This document shows positions 26,052 to 38,313 of a DNA stretch of 64,000 nucleotides, in pieces (position 1 is the stretch's first letter; every line of letters starts with the position of its first letter). This stretch comes from Octopus sinensis (Eukaryota). The notes under the pieces were generated by a model. The model worked only from the letters and a program-made list of their open reading frames with translations. It did no database searches and was not told the origin of the DNA. The stretch lies in assembly GCF_006345805.1 (NCBI RefSeq), contig NW_021836126.1, positions 62,001 to 126,000 of the forward strand, in the 5' to 3' direction. Position numbers and translations under genes: made by a program.

Positions 26052-26935
26052 TGTTAGCGCCTATTCTGCACATAATCCGCCTCAAAAATATATTTGAAAT
26101 GGAAAAATTCTGATATCCGTCATTTTTTAATTCTAATATCCGCCACAAATAATCAAAGGTTATTTAATCAACTCTAGAAATTTTGACGTTAATGGTGTTA
26201 TTTGATTAAATGAATAAGTAAGACTCATTTTTAGCAAATGTGAGAGACTTTACTGTATAGCGTTTTCCCAGCTTTAAAGTAGAAAGCATAAACAGTAGTG
26301 TTAACCCTTCAAACATTATTATTTCCGACGAAATTTTATGGAAAATGATTCCATATTTATTCATCTCTGCAAAAACAAATGTTTCTGCTATTTACTGGAG
26401 GCACTGTCTAATAAGGCGAGTTTTCAAAATTGGCTCTTCCATTTTTCACACGCGCACAAACTGGAAATATTTTTTGCTTAGTTCAATAGTAGTGTCAATA
26501 TTTTGCCTCGTCAGTATTTTCACAATTTGTTTTACTGTGTGGTGAAAGTCTTAGACACCTGTTAATAGTACTATCCGATATTCAGAAAACATCATGTTTT
26601 TTAACTTTGATTTGTCAGTAATAGACTAAACTAAGAATTTATTGCTTGTATAAATCATTCAATTTGAAAAAATAATCATTTTCTCAATTGACAAAGTATT
26701 CGGCTTATGGAGATTGAGGCATATTTAATAGTCATTTATTTCTTTTTAGATTTTCTACTAATAGAGCGTTCAACAATCAGTTTTTTGACTGCAAGAAATA
26801 TAGTATTTCTTTTTCGTCGATTAATAGCTCTTACTCTAACACACAATTTCCCACATAACATCAATGCCTGCTTATATTTAGAGCTTTGACAGTAATATTT
26901 CTCAACAACAACCCAGAAATAAACAAGAAAAAGAA

Positions 26936-27648
26936 TTATCGATTATTTTTACCAGCCCGTTCAATTTCATCCCTACGTTTGACAGCATATGAATTGGTAG
27001 TGTTCTAGGGGATGGTGAGAAGAGTGACCTTGTAGGCATTGATGACCTCATCGGCGTAGCACTCCACGATTGTCTTCTGACTTCGGAAGGCTGCCTTCCT
27101 GGCACCCACAGCAATGTTATAAATGGCCTGATTCACTCGGCGGAGAGGGGACACGTCCACCGACTGTCTCCTCACACTCCCCTTCCTCCCGATCCTCGTC
27201 GAGTCCTCTCTCGGCCCGCAGTTCTCGATTGCCACAACCAGCACTTTCACCGGGTTCTATCCTTTAAACACATTTTGGACTTCGTTGAGGAGGAGGTTGA
27301 TTATCTCCAAGGCATGTTCCACGATTTTCATGGCTTTGAGCTTCTTTCCGTTATTCCTTCCGTGTCTCATCAGAGAACAAACACACCGCTCCACGATGAA
27401 GCAACTCGCCTTCCGGAATTTCTTGACTTGGTATCTGCCTGCACTGTGGGGGACGAAGGTCTCCAATAATTTGATGTATGGCTGGGTTTACACACCACAA
27501 TCAACCATCAAATGAATCTCCACTTTTACTTCATTCACGTCCCATTTACCAAACAACTTTACACGTGTGTCCTTGGGGGACTCGACCAACATTTCTGTTT
27601 GAGTATTCTCAATGTCTGCCTATTTGTGTTACTTAAATGCACCACCAT
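26936..27648 (-). CDS. RPS5: 40S ribosomal protein S5 (uS7), copy A
   Basis: M|ADIE..KLFGKW..|PHSAGRY..GRNNGKK..|[28 protein letters not shown]..|[15 protein letters not shown]. Four introns of 26, 24, 24 and 24 nt. Confidence 0.97.
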
Positions 27649-28317
27649 AACTCAGATACTATCACGTGAATATTTATTAATTGTTTTAAATGTATTTATT
27701 AAAACTTGTCATAAATAATTAAATAATACACGACTTCTTTGTCGTTTAATTTTTTTGAGATTGCGATTCGAAATTGGTGGTTGGTTTTCATCGTTTCGAA
27801 ATGATCTGCTATTAGTTCGTCTTATAGATTGAAGACTTTTAGAACTTCTGCTTTTACCGACGGGGTTTAAAATCTTGCATTTTTATTGCGGGACTCAATT
27901 TTTCAGGGGAAGTTTTGATGGCTGTTCTTTCTATTCGCAGTTTGAACTTTAGTTAATAACTTTTTGGATTTCCAATTTTTGTTTTCCTAAGATAATCCAT
28001 TGCATCTAGTTTTTATTTAATATGGAGAATGATGGAAATAGAGTCGTAACTAACTTGGAGACAGAGGATCAAAAAATGGTGTTGGTTACTTCCTACTCTA
28101 AAAGGAGTAGATTAACCTCTAGCGGACAAGGTCGGATTAACATCAATTAAATAATACTAACTTTACTATTTTACTTTTTCTTTTCTGATAAAATGATGAG
28201 TTTAATGTTAATCCTTTAATTTTTAAAGTTTTCCTGATTGTTATTACTTGTATAATCAAATTCCAAAAACAAAATTTGATGGTAGGTAGATAAATAACTA
28301 AGAAGATAGTTGAGAAC

Positions 28318-28420
28318 CTAACGGTCACTCAACGGTCACACCCATCAGATCTAAGCGGTCGGACTCGTTTGGCAAGATAACAGTCCTCGGATGGGTGACC
28401 CTTTCTCCGATGTGTCTAAG
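28318..28420 (+). other. Degenerate 5S rRNA-derived sequence (pseudogene or SINE3 head), copy A
   Basis: cccatcagatc-taagc (box A-like) and cagtcctcggatgggtgacc (box C-like) in 5S order. Too decayed to call a functional 5S gene. Confidence 0.55.
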
Positions 28421-29188
28421 TAATTCACACAAATAAAGTTAATGGCAATTTGGAATCCCCTTGTGCAAGTTTGCCTTTAATTCTGATTGATGGATGTAAC
28501 ACTGATTAGAGATAAGAAATGTAACAAGGAAATATCCGAATAAATAATTAGGTTAGTTAAATAGTGGAATTTGAATATTTGATTAAACTCCATCATTTCC
28601 GCATATCATATTTATTGAGGAATAAGAACAGGAGTTGCAATCTATTGTGAGTAAACTAACCCACCATTTGCTTGCTCAAATATTACTGTTGCCTCGTGAA
28701 ATTCACTTGCTTCTATTTGCAATCTCTTTTCTGTAAATATGTTGGGAAGCGTAAACACCACAGTTGACGTTTTCGAAATCCTTATATGAGAATATTTAAC
28801 TATATATTATGGGTTCAGACTTTTCTGTGAATATGCACATTTTCTGCGTTACATCAATACTACACAGTAAATAATTTAAAATACTAAATTTTTAGCTCAC
28901 GACTGAGTTCCGAAAATTTAATGTCTTGGACACAAATCTACAGCCCTTTCTAATACTATTAAAGTGAGAGTAGACCAATAAAAAACGGTATATATATATC
29001 AACTGTCCTTCCCAGAGCCATGTCGGATACCCATCGGTCAGAACAGAATTCAATCAAATTGCTTACTGAGAAGTATAAATTTATGCAAATATTTTGTTTT
29101 CCTACCAACTTTACTTAAATTAACAAAATAGATAATTTCTTAAAGTCAATTATTCATATAAATAAAATATAAAAGCGTTTGTTGTGAT

Positions 29189-29916
29189 ATGGAGGACATT
29201 GATTTGCGTTTGGAAATACTGTCAAAATCGGAACTCTACGACGGTATATATGCATAAATAGCAGAAATGTACGACACGGTGATAGAAATGTTGGGGAGAG
29301 ACATAACCCCCACAGCAAAACAGCGAAATTACATATCGACGGCCTTCAAACACAAAATATCAGGTCCTCGGCAGTCGTGCAAGTCTTTGGGGTATTTGAA
29401 AGTGGAGGGGAAGGAGAAATACCGGCAGAGTGTATTGATAAACATGGAGGAGTAGTTGGTGGAGGAAATGAGGGACATTAGCTCGTGTGAGTTGAGTGTG
29501 ATGAAGGATCTGATGAGCAAGTCGACGGACGAGCACTCCCTCGTGTTCTATTTGAAGCAGTTGGTGTGTTTGTGGATGGCAGAGTGGGGGACTGTTGTCG
29601 GTACATGGCCGAGGTGTTGGAGGAGGACGAGCGGGAGACGTACGTGAGGGAGTCCCAACAGGCCTACGAACGGGCTTTGCACGTGTCCAAGGACTTTGCT
29701 GCCACTGACACGGCTAGGCTGGGACTGGCCTTGAATGCGTCCGTGTTCTATTTTGAGATTGTGGGGGATAGGGAGAAGGCGTGTGAGTTGGCCAAGGTCA
29801 CTTTCGACCAGGCCATTTGCTCGTTGGACTCCACCAACGGCATTATTGACCCAGACGTGGCACTCATTGTACAACTCATTCGAGACAACCACAAACACTG
29901 GAATTCACGTCCCTGA
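29189..29916 (+). CDS. Divergent 14-3-3 protein, paralog 1, copy A
   Basis: MEDIDL..SELYD|EMYD..STAFKHKISGPRQS..|..VFYLKQ|VGDCCRYMAE..RLGLALNASVFYFE..LIVQLIRDNHKHW. Introns of 21, 24 and 23 nt. Confidence 0.9.
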
Positions 29917-30229
29917 CTTTTTCCTTTATTTTAATATTTCTACTGTGGTTAACCTAATAGTTGTATTTGTAAAATAGGTATTATATAAATTGTTTCCTAA
30001 GTATAATTATTAAATAAAATCTCCAACTGATTGAACTTTTTTTTGACTGTAATGTATCAGCTTGTTCAGATTTTTCTAAAAATTCCATTAGCTCTTCATT
30101 TTCAGTATATTCGTAATCAACAAATTCACTATAAGATATTGGATCGTCAATTTGAAATTTCTTAATTATTTCTTCATAATTATTTTCGTAGTTCTTAGAT
30201 TCACTGTTGATTGTGATTGTTTCACATTT

Positions 30230-30950
30230 TATCCATTGTGCATGACGGAAACAATTTTTAATGGCCGTAGGAGTAACTTTATTCCAAGCGAAGAATGTTA
30301 ATGTCGCAGCAGTTTCAAGGGTGATTGCATTTATTGAATTCTGATAATTTTCCCCTGCCCCAACCTTTTCGATTATATCATTTAAAGTATTTTATAATTC
30401 CTTGATCCATTGGTTGCAAGACAGGAAGTTCTAAGAGGCAAAACAAGAATTTCGATTGAGTTTAACGTGACAATAACTTGATGAGATGGGCATTGATCTA
30501 TTGCAAGTAGAATTTTTCTTTTTTTCTTCACAAGTTCACAATCAAAATCATTAAGCCACTTGTTAAGAATTTCACGGTTCATCCATGCCTTAGTGGAATG
30601 GGTGTAGGTAACATATTTTCTAATGTTGAAATTTTTAAAACACCTCGGACTTTTAAATCTTCCTATCAATACAGGCCTTCTCTTATCGGAACCAGAACAA
30701 ATTGCGCATAATAGTAAAGAAAATCGATCGACAACCTTATTCCAGACTTTAATTTAGTGCACACACTTTTAGAAGGAATCGCCTTGTAAAAACACCAGTT
30801 TCATATGCATTATAAACATTGTCCAATCCATATTGTTCAATTTTTAAACTGATTGTTTCATTAAAATCAGCAATAGATTTTTCATCATGATTTACTGATC
30901 CACTGTCTCCGTGAAATTTTCTTAACTTGATACCATTTCGTAATGTTAAT
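30230..30950 (-). mobile_element. pogo/Tigger DDE_1 remnant (also at ~51470-52160)
   Basis: FHGDSGSV..NVYNAYETG, IGRFKSPRCFK..KAWMN..RKILLAIDQCPSH. Lies between the two 14-3-3 genes in both copies. Confidence 0.8.
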
Positions 30951-31110
30951 TAATTTAACTTACAATTAAATAAAAAATTATTTTTCATAATACTTGAGGA
31001 GCGGGTAATATTTTCACTGTGGGTAACCTAATTGTATTTGTAACAAATAAATATTTTTACTGTGGGCAACCAAATAATTGAATTGGTAATAAAATAGATT
31101 GTTAGTGTGA

Positions 31111-31895
31111 ATGAATATTGACGAACTGAACCTGAGACTAGAAGTGTTAGCAAAGGCGGAGTTATACGACTGTAATAAGCAAGCCTGACTGTTAGACATG
31201 TACGACATTGTGATCGAACTGCTGAGTCTAAACATAATCCCCACTCCTAAGCAGAGGAACTACATGTCCGTGGCCTTCAAACACAGAATATCAGCCCTAC
31301 GACAGTCGTGCAAGGCCATGAACAGCCTGTGCAGAAACTACGGAGTGGAGGAAGACAAGGAGGGCATGGAGTGCGTCCACAAATACACCAAATTGGTACT
31401 CCTCCACCCGCAGGCCAGATTCAGGACGAAATGGAGTCCATTTGCAACACACAGATCGGCATCATCAAAGACTTAATAAAGAAATGTGACCAAGATCAAT
31501 CACTTGTGTTTTATTTAAAGCAGTTAATTAATTAATTATTTATTTTTAGATTGGGGGACTGTGGACGATACATGGCCGAGGTCCTCTCGACGGATGCCCG
31601 CCAATACTACGTGGACGAGTCCAAGGAGGCATACGAACAAGCCCTGTCCATCGCCCAAAACTTTGCTGTGAACGACACTGGGCGACTTGGCCTGGCTCTC
31701 AACGCCTCGGTCTTTTACTACGAAATACTGGAGGAGAAGGACAAGGCCTGCAGTCTGGCCAAAATGACCTTCGATGAGGCCATTGAGTCCTTGGACGATT
31801 TGACTGGGTTTTTGAATTCGGAGGTGTCTTTGATCCTTCAACTGATTCAAGACAATTACAAAAACTGGACTGACAAGAAGGATGGGTGGAAATAA
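31111..31895 (+). CDS. Divergent 14-3-3 protein, paralog 2, copy A
   Basis: MNIDEL..AELYD|YMYD..SVAFKHRISALRQS..VFYLKQ|LGDCGRYMAE..RLGLALNASVFYYE..LQLIQDNYKNW. Same three intron positions as paralog 1. Confidence 0.9.
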
Positions 31896-31964
31896 TATTT
31901 TGGTTAATTAATTTCCTATTATTAGTAATAATTAATTAATAAACCAAATAAAATAAAGTGAGTG

Positions 31965-34834
31965 ATGAGGTCTGGTGGGTCAGTAGTGGCAGAATACGGC
32001 AAGCTGATAGAGGGGCACCCGTGGAAAGTGATATGGCTGAGCATAATATGGACAGCGTCAGTGCTGATGTGGAAGCAGGAAGGGAGGGTGTGTGAGGTGA
32101 GTGAGTGTAATGAGGAATAGGTGTTGGAGAGTGAAATGATATCAATAGTGGTGGTGAAGATGTTGGCAGTGTTGAACGTATACATAGAATTGGGGCGTGT
32201 GAGTGGGCACAAGTTACTAATGGGTGTGATAGTGTGATGAGGGGCAGGGTTCGTGATAATCTGCACATTCCTGACGGCCTTCACATTCACGAGTGTGGTA
32301 GTGATGGGGACACAAGTGCATTCAATGGCATTCTACATGGTGTTGGTGGACATGTCCAGGCCGTGTGAGTTGGTGGAGTATGCAATGCGGGAGGGGAGTG
32401 TGGTGGGGGCACTCAGTCGGGTGGGGCCAGCCATGGTCAAGACTGCGTTGGTGGAGGCGGGGGTGATCGGGTCGGGCATGTTGGTGGGTGTGGAGATGTG
32501 TCTGTTTGGGGCAGTCCTCGTCATTGTTAACTGCATTGCCTTCCTCACCTTCTTTCCCAGTTGTCTCGCCATTTCACGACTTTCTCTTTTTCTTGTACAC
32601 TCACTCCATTCACACACAGTCCATTCTCGTCCTCTTCGCCAGTCAGTACGACCACTTTACTCCACATTCACCACCCATCTTTACTCTCCCTCTCCTCCTC
32701 CTCATACTACTCCTCGCTCTCATTCCCACACCTACCAAGGGGAGGTCAGGGGAGTCACTGCTCACTGGGGGGAGACTACTAATGGACATCCGCCCTCCTA
32801 CTGAGGACACACCAATGGACTTGGCCTCTACTAAGGACTCACTACTGACTGAGGATACACCAATGGACTCCCCTTGTACTAAGGACTCACCACTAATGGT
32901 ATACCCCTCTTTACTCACAACATAGTCTCCTACTAGTGAGGATTCACTACTGACTGGGGACACTCCATTAATGGCCTCTTCTCCTACTAAGGACACACCA
33001 ATGGACTTATTCTCTACTAAGGAGTCACCACTGACTGAGGGCACTCCACTGACTGAGGATACACCAGTGGACTATACCGAGGACACTCCACTAATGGTAT
33101 CCCTCTCTCCTACTTACAACATAGTCCTCTCCTACTAAGGATACACCAATGGACTACCCTTCTACTGAGGACTCACTACTGTCTGGAGACATTCCACTAA
33201 TGGACATCCGCTCTCCTACTGAGGACACCAAGGACTCCCCTTCTACTGAGGGAACACTTATTGAGGACTCACCATTAATGGTATCCCCCTCTTCTACTCA
33301 CAACATAGTCCCCTACTACTGAGGGAACACTACTGACAGGGGACATACCACTAATGGACATCCGCCCTCCTACTGAGGACACCGAGGACTCATCTTCTAC
33401 CAAGGACACTCCACTAATGGTATCCCCCTCTTCTACTTACAACATAGTCCCCTTCTACTGAGGACATACTAGTAACCGAAGGCACACCAGTCAGTGAGGA
33501 CACACCACGAATGGACTACCCTACCAAGGACACTCCACTGACGGATGAGGAGTGGCTGAGTGTGTTGGGGAGTGGGGGATTGTCAGTGCACAGACTGGAG
33601 AGTGTGTTGTGTGAGTACGAGCGGGCAATCCGAGTGCGGAGGGGGCACTTATTGGGGAGGAGGGGTGAGGGAATCCCGTATGAGAAGTACGGTCATTACG
33701 ACAAAGTGGAGGGGGCGTGTTGTGAGAATGTGATTGGCTTCATTCCTGTCCCTCTCGGAGTGTGTGGGCCTCTTCTCCTCGACGGCAGGGAATATATGGT
33801 CCCTTTGGCTACCACCGAGGGATGTCTGGTGGCCAGTGTCAATAGAGGGTGTCGGGCACTCTACTTGGCCGGGGGGGTCACTGCTGTCCTCACCGCCGAT
33901 GGCATGACTCGCGCCCCCGTCCTCAGGATGCAGTCCGTCCACCAAGCCCACCAATTGAAGGAGTGGATTGACGCACATTTCCCTACTATCAAACACATCT
34001 TCGACGGGGGCAGTCGCTTTGCCAGACTCCACACCATTCACTCCACACAGGCCGGCCGCTTGCTCTACCTTCGCTTTACTGCCACCACTGGAGATGCCAT
34101 GGGAATGAACATGGTCTCCAAGTGTGCAGAGACTGTCCTCACTTTCCTCACACAACACTTCCCACACATCCAAGTCATCAGTCTGTCTGGCAATTTCTGC
34201 TCTGACAAAAAGCCGGGGGCCATCAACTGGTATTATGTGCCATCACTCCCCACAGGGTACAAGGCAGGGGCAAGTCCGTGGTATGTGAGGCCACTATTCC
34301 TGCCTCCGTCGTGTCCTCTGTTCTCAAGACCACCGTCCAGAGCCTGGTCGACGTCAACATGTCCAAGAATTTGGTTGGGTCTGCCATGGCCGGGTCGATT
34401 GGAGGGTTTAATGCCCACGCAGCCAATGTGGTGACTGCTCTCTTCATTGCCACGGGACAAGACCCCGCACAGAACGTGGGGTCCTCCAATTGTATCACTT
34501 TGCTCGAGTTTGGTGGCCAGTCTGGTGGGGATTTGCTGGTGAGTTGTTCAATGCCTTCCATCGAGTGCGGCACAGTCGGAGGTGGCACTGTCCTCCCCCC
34601 ACAAAAAGCCTGTCTTGAGGTTCTCGCCTTTTATATTGCCAGTTGTTGGGGGTGGCGGGAGCGCATAGTTCGAGTTATGGGGGGAATGCACGTGAATTGG
34701 CCAGAGTTGTGTGTGCCACTGTCATGGCCGGGGAACTGTCCTTGTTGGCCGCCCTTTCATCTGGCCATCTTGTGGCAGGGCATATGCGCTACAATCGATC
34801 TCAAGCTAATATAAATACTGCCAATCATTACTAA
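31965..34834 (+). CDS. HMGCR: HMG-CoA reductase (class I, membrane-bound), copy A, reading frame intact after splicing
   Basis: N-terminal HPWKVI; sterol-sensing domain ([26 protein letters not shown]); T/E/D/P repeat linker; catalytic [62 protein letters not shown]. Nine introns of 23-28 nt. Confidence 0.97.
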
Positions 34835-35568
34835 TTATTTATTTTGTCTAACCCTCCTCTGTTTACCTTCGATATACATAAATCCTCAATATTTTTCAAG
34901 ACAGGAACTTTTTTTTCCGCGAGCTTGATTTGCAGCGTCCGCCCATTTGGCGATGCAAAGGAATGGTGACATTACAGAACTGAAATACGAGTTGATATTA
35001 TTATTCCTACCGAATAAAAAATCCAATATAACAAGGCGGATTTATACGACAAAAAATCAAACCAGATATGGCTAATAGAGAAGCAGTTAAAGTTGAAAAA
35101 CACATAAATATAATTTTGTGGCAAATGAATTTTAAATAATTTACAAATTCAAAATATTTCCGATTGTCATTACCTGGGATGCGATCGCCTTCAAGTATTA
35201 TAAAATATATATGGATTGGCATTAAAGACAATGTTGTGTAGTACATCCAAACAATTGCATTAAAGAAGACATTATAAAGTATGTTCGTAGAATATAGTTT
35301 GAACCGTAATTACTAAAGCATTGATTCTCAACAAAAATTAGACAGTGTGGAACACTCATCCAAATGGAAATAATTAAAGGATGAGAAAACATGAGGTGAC
35401 AGAAAACGAATACTCTAAAGAAGAGCATATGGATGTCCCGGTATAGGGAGGACCAGTAAATTAAAAATTCAACTAATCTAATTTTTAATTTCTTTGTTTA
35501 AATACAAAAAGTAGTAATTTAAATTGTAAAAATCTAATAAATATATATTTAATTGATATTGCAAGAGT

Positions 35569-36060
35569 ATGTGGTTCACTGCCCCTCTAGTATATGCTAT
35601 ACTGTTAATGTACAAAAAACACGTGAGTCCGTTCATTGAAAGAGTGGCGAAAAAAGTGATGCAAAGACGAGCAAAATACTGGCAAGTCACTGAGGAGTTG
35701 ACTAAACTTCGTAAAAAATGTGAGTCCTTCAAACTGCCTCGTGATTTGGTGGAGCATTCCCTAACAAACAGACAAATCCACAAAACAAGAAAAGAAAAAG
35801 AAAATATAGGTTTGCCACTATAAAATTAATTATAGATAATATTATTAAAAATAAACTTAAAAAAATCAAATCCTTTTTTGTGTATTTTAACATCGTGTTA
35901 GAGGTGAGTTCCCAAAGTTTATTTGAAGGTGATTATTCCTCTAGTGCTGGTCAGTGAGTCACCTTCCTTGCACAACCTGTTCTGGCCTTTCTCAGGGTTC
36001 TGTGATTCGTTGGCTTGGCTCGGGATTTGCAGAGTTGCTATTTTTAATTTTTATATTTGA
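35569..36060 (+). CDS. GET1/WRB-like tail-anchored protein insertase receptor, copy A
   Basis: TM, then coiled coil EELTKLRKK..RQIHKTRKE|..KNKLKKIKSFFVYFNIVLE|VIIPLV..LFWPF..AWLGICRVA. Aligns by eye with WRB (LAKIKWVISVAFYVLQ..CWILVCNKV). Introns of 26 and 25 nt. Confidence 0.6.
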
Positions 36061-36129
36061 ATATTTTTTTTTTAATTAAAAATAAATTTTTTTTAATTTG
36101 GTGTCTTGTGGATATACTTTGCTAGACTA

Positions 36130-36593
36130 ATGAAAGGAGACCAGAACAGTCTAAAGAAAAAAAATATTGACTTTTTTAAAGAATGTGAGAAAATAGGGGA
36201 CTCTCTCCTCTCATTAAAGTCTGAGGCAGTGGACGTGGACAAACAACGGCACAGAAATCGTGAAGCAATTCGGTTATCCCATTAAGTATCATTCCAGTGC
36301 TCTAAAAGCACAGAAAACATGGATGTGGTTCAACAACATTTTTATCAAAACAGAAACAAAATCGGCTGTGGACCGACTGTGGGGAGGTTGGTTTATTTGG
36401 TCTCCTCTCAGACCAGACTTCGTTAGAACGAAGGATATGCCATATTCGGAAAGAAATGAAAGGACATGTGGACAGACTGAACGACCTCGGAATAGTCGAT
36501 GACTGTCCGTTTTATTCCGGGTTTGACCTCTTTTCTCTGTCCTCCTCTGATCTGAGACACGTCCATTTTAATTCACTGTTCGATTATACTTAG
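36130..36593 (+). CDS. PDRG1: PDRG1-like prefoldin-family protein, copy A
   Basis: EAVDVDKQRHRNREAIR|ALK..WMWFNNIFIK..G|DQTSLERRI..VDRL..GFDL resembles PDRG1 (VDLDTKRNQNREGLRAL..FGNMFIK..DQDHLDKEI..VNRL..GFNL). Two 25-nt introns. Confidence 0.75.
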
Positions 36594-36619
36594 TAGTAAA
36601 TTTCTGTTTACATTTCAAC

Positions 36620-36680
36620 ACGGCAGTTAAGCTATTCTATTACTTGGCTGGGTGACCGCCTGAGAACAGACAGTGTCTTG
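36620..36680 (+). other. 5S rRNA-derived 3' fragment (also at 57353-57410)
   Basis: cggcagttaagc..tattacttggctgggtgaccgcctgagaac versus 5S CGGAAGTTAAGC..TAGTACTTGGATGGGTGACCGCCTGGGAA. Confidence 0.6.
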
Positions 36681-37339
36681 CTATTCATTGTTATAAAGTG
36701 TTTTTTGTGTGACTAACTGGGGGATATTTCAATATAGAGAACAAGTAGTCGACATTGACAGTTGGAGGGGACTAAGGAGGTCACCCAGTCCATTTATACA
36801 AGTGTCGTTTATTTCAGTCGATACTGGCTGTAGTCTTTTTAAGTGGTTGAGCATTTCGAGGGAGTTGAGGGCGAGTAGAGTCCTCGGGGATGCAGGAATG
36901 TTTTCAGATAGGCTTTTATGAATAATATTCCTTTTTACACATTCATTAGGTAAATATCAAATATTTAACTTTTGTTTTAATTCATTCGGAAAATATAGAA
37001 AATTGTGTTGCGGCTAATCCTAATTCTTCAGGAATATTTGCGAATAGAGATGGAGTGTCCGACCGTCCTCCAATACAATTCCTGGGAGAAATAATTTCTT
37101 TGGCTTTTCTCTTTCCATACGTGATCTCTCTGGGGTCAGCCGGAGTCCAAATATACGGCTCAATTGACCAGCATTTCTTTTTTGGATTTTAAAAAAGTTG
37201 ACTCTTTGTGGTTTCGCTACTTTTTATACTCCCGTAACACTCAGACCAATGCTACAGTTATTAGATTCATAGAAGGCAATTTTAACGAGGCGGATCGACT
37301 TTTTAGAGATTCTGGGTTTGAAATCATCCGAGTTTGGTA

Positions 37340-37948
37340 GATAATAAAACAGAAATATGTAATCTCTTTGAAAATATTTTTTATATTATTGGTTCTCCAA
37401 TTATTTTGCAAACCGACAGTGGAAAAGAGTTTAACAGTTCATATATAGAACGAGTTATTTGATGAATTGAATAGACAATATTAAACAAATTACTTATGAC
37501 TACAATAAGACGGTCCATGCAACCACAAAGCATAGTCCATTTCACATTTTTATGAATTTTTGAAATATTTTATACAAAATATAAAACAACTTGAAAGGCT
37601 AATAATTTTTGAAGCAGAAGATAAAAACGCGGAAATTTGTTATCAAACAAAGTCGGATAATATTTCACCTGAAAATTTTGTTTGAAAAATATCAAAAAAC
37701 CAGGAGAGAAAATGAAAAGTAAAAGAAAATGGAGGTACGATAAAGAAAATATAAATATCGGGGATCATGTCATTATTAAACATGACATCGATGCTAATAT
37801 GAACAATCAAAGGTTTTCCTTATCTGATAATGTCGATACAACAAAATATAGAATTATCGAAAAAAATAATTACAACTATTCTTTGAAAGATAAAAATGGA
37901 AATGTTCATAAGAATATTAACATTTCTAAAATAAAAAAGTTCACGTAA
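37340..37948 (+). mobile_element. Integrase (Ginger/KRBA2-like) remnant (also at ~58150-58735)
   Basis: IIGSPIILQTDSGKEFN and YNKTVHATTKHSPF remnants. Confidence 0.65.
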
Positions 37949-38313
37949 CTTTAAAATTCGCGGCCGTAGGCCGTATAGGGGATTAGTTGAATTTTTAAAT
38001 CAAACCTTTTTGGGTTAGGAATGTTTTTTATTGACCTGTCAAGCTGATAAGTCATCACCTTGGTCGCTAGTGTGGGTCATCACTGCAACATTTGTCATTA
38101 ATTATTCATTTAGATTAATAACGTCATTTTTGTCCTATTCTCTAATAACTGACACGATCCATAACATTTCTGTTAGAAATGATTATATTTGAGTTGTCTC
38201 ATTTAATTATCCAAGATTGCATGTCAGTTTGTATGTTCTAATAACGTTTGTTCTGTTTTATCACGTCTGTTTCCGTTGGAGACTGCAGAATTGATGAAAG
38301 AATCACTTTTGAA

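Noticed and set aside
26345-26545. Identical 66-aa hydrophobic ORF in both copies
   Set aside because: AT-rich and without homology cues; identity is expected from the duplication.
28318-28420. Functional 5S rRNA gene
   Set aside because: Deletions around box A, disrupted helices and no T-run terminator, so it is reported only as 5S-derived.
29447-29460. In-frame TAG in 14-3-3 (and similar stops in RPS5, PSMB2) as stop-codon readthrough or a variant genetic code
   Set aside because: Each is the AG end of a 24-nt GT-AG intron whose removal restores the family alignment. The genes end normally in TAA, TAG or TGA.
32780-33540. CRISPR-like or satellite array of short repeats
   Set aside because: The units are degenerate codon-phase repeats inside HMGCR, with no constant repeat/unique spacer structure and no cas genes.
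31922-34588. Long minus-strand ORFs (31922-32290, 32643-33044, 33649-34173, 34223-34588) and their B equivalents
   Set aside because: Antisense shadows of GC-rich HMGCR exons with no recognisable motifs.
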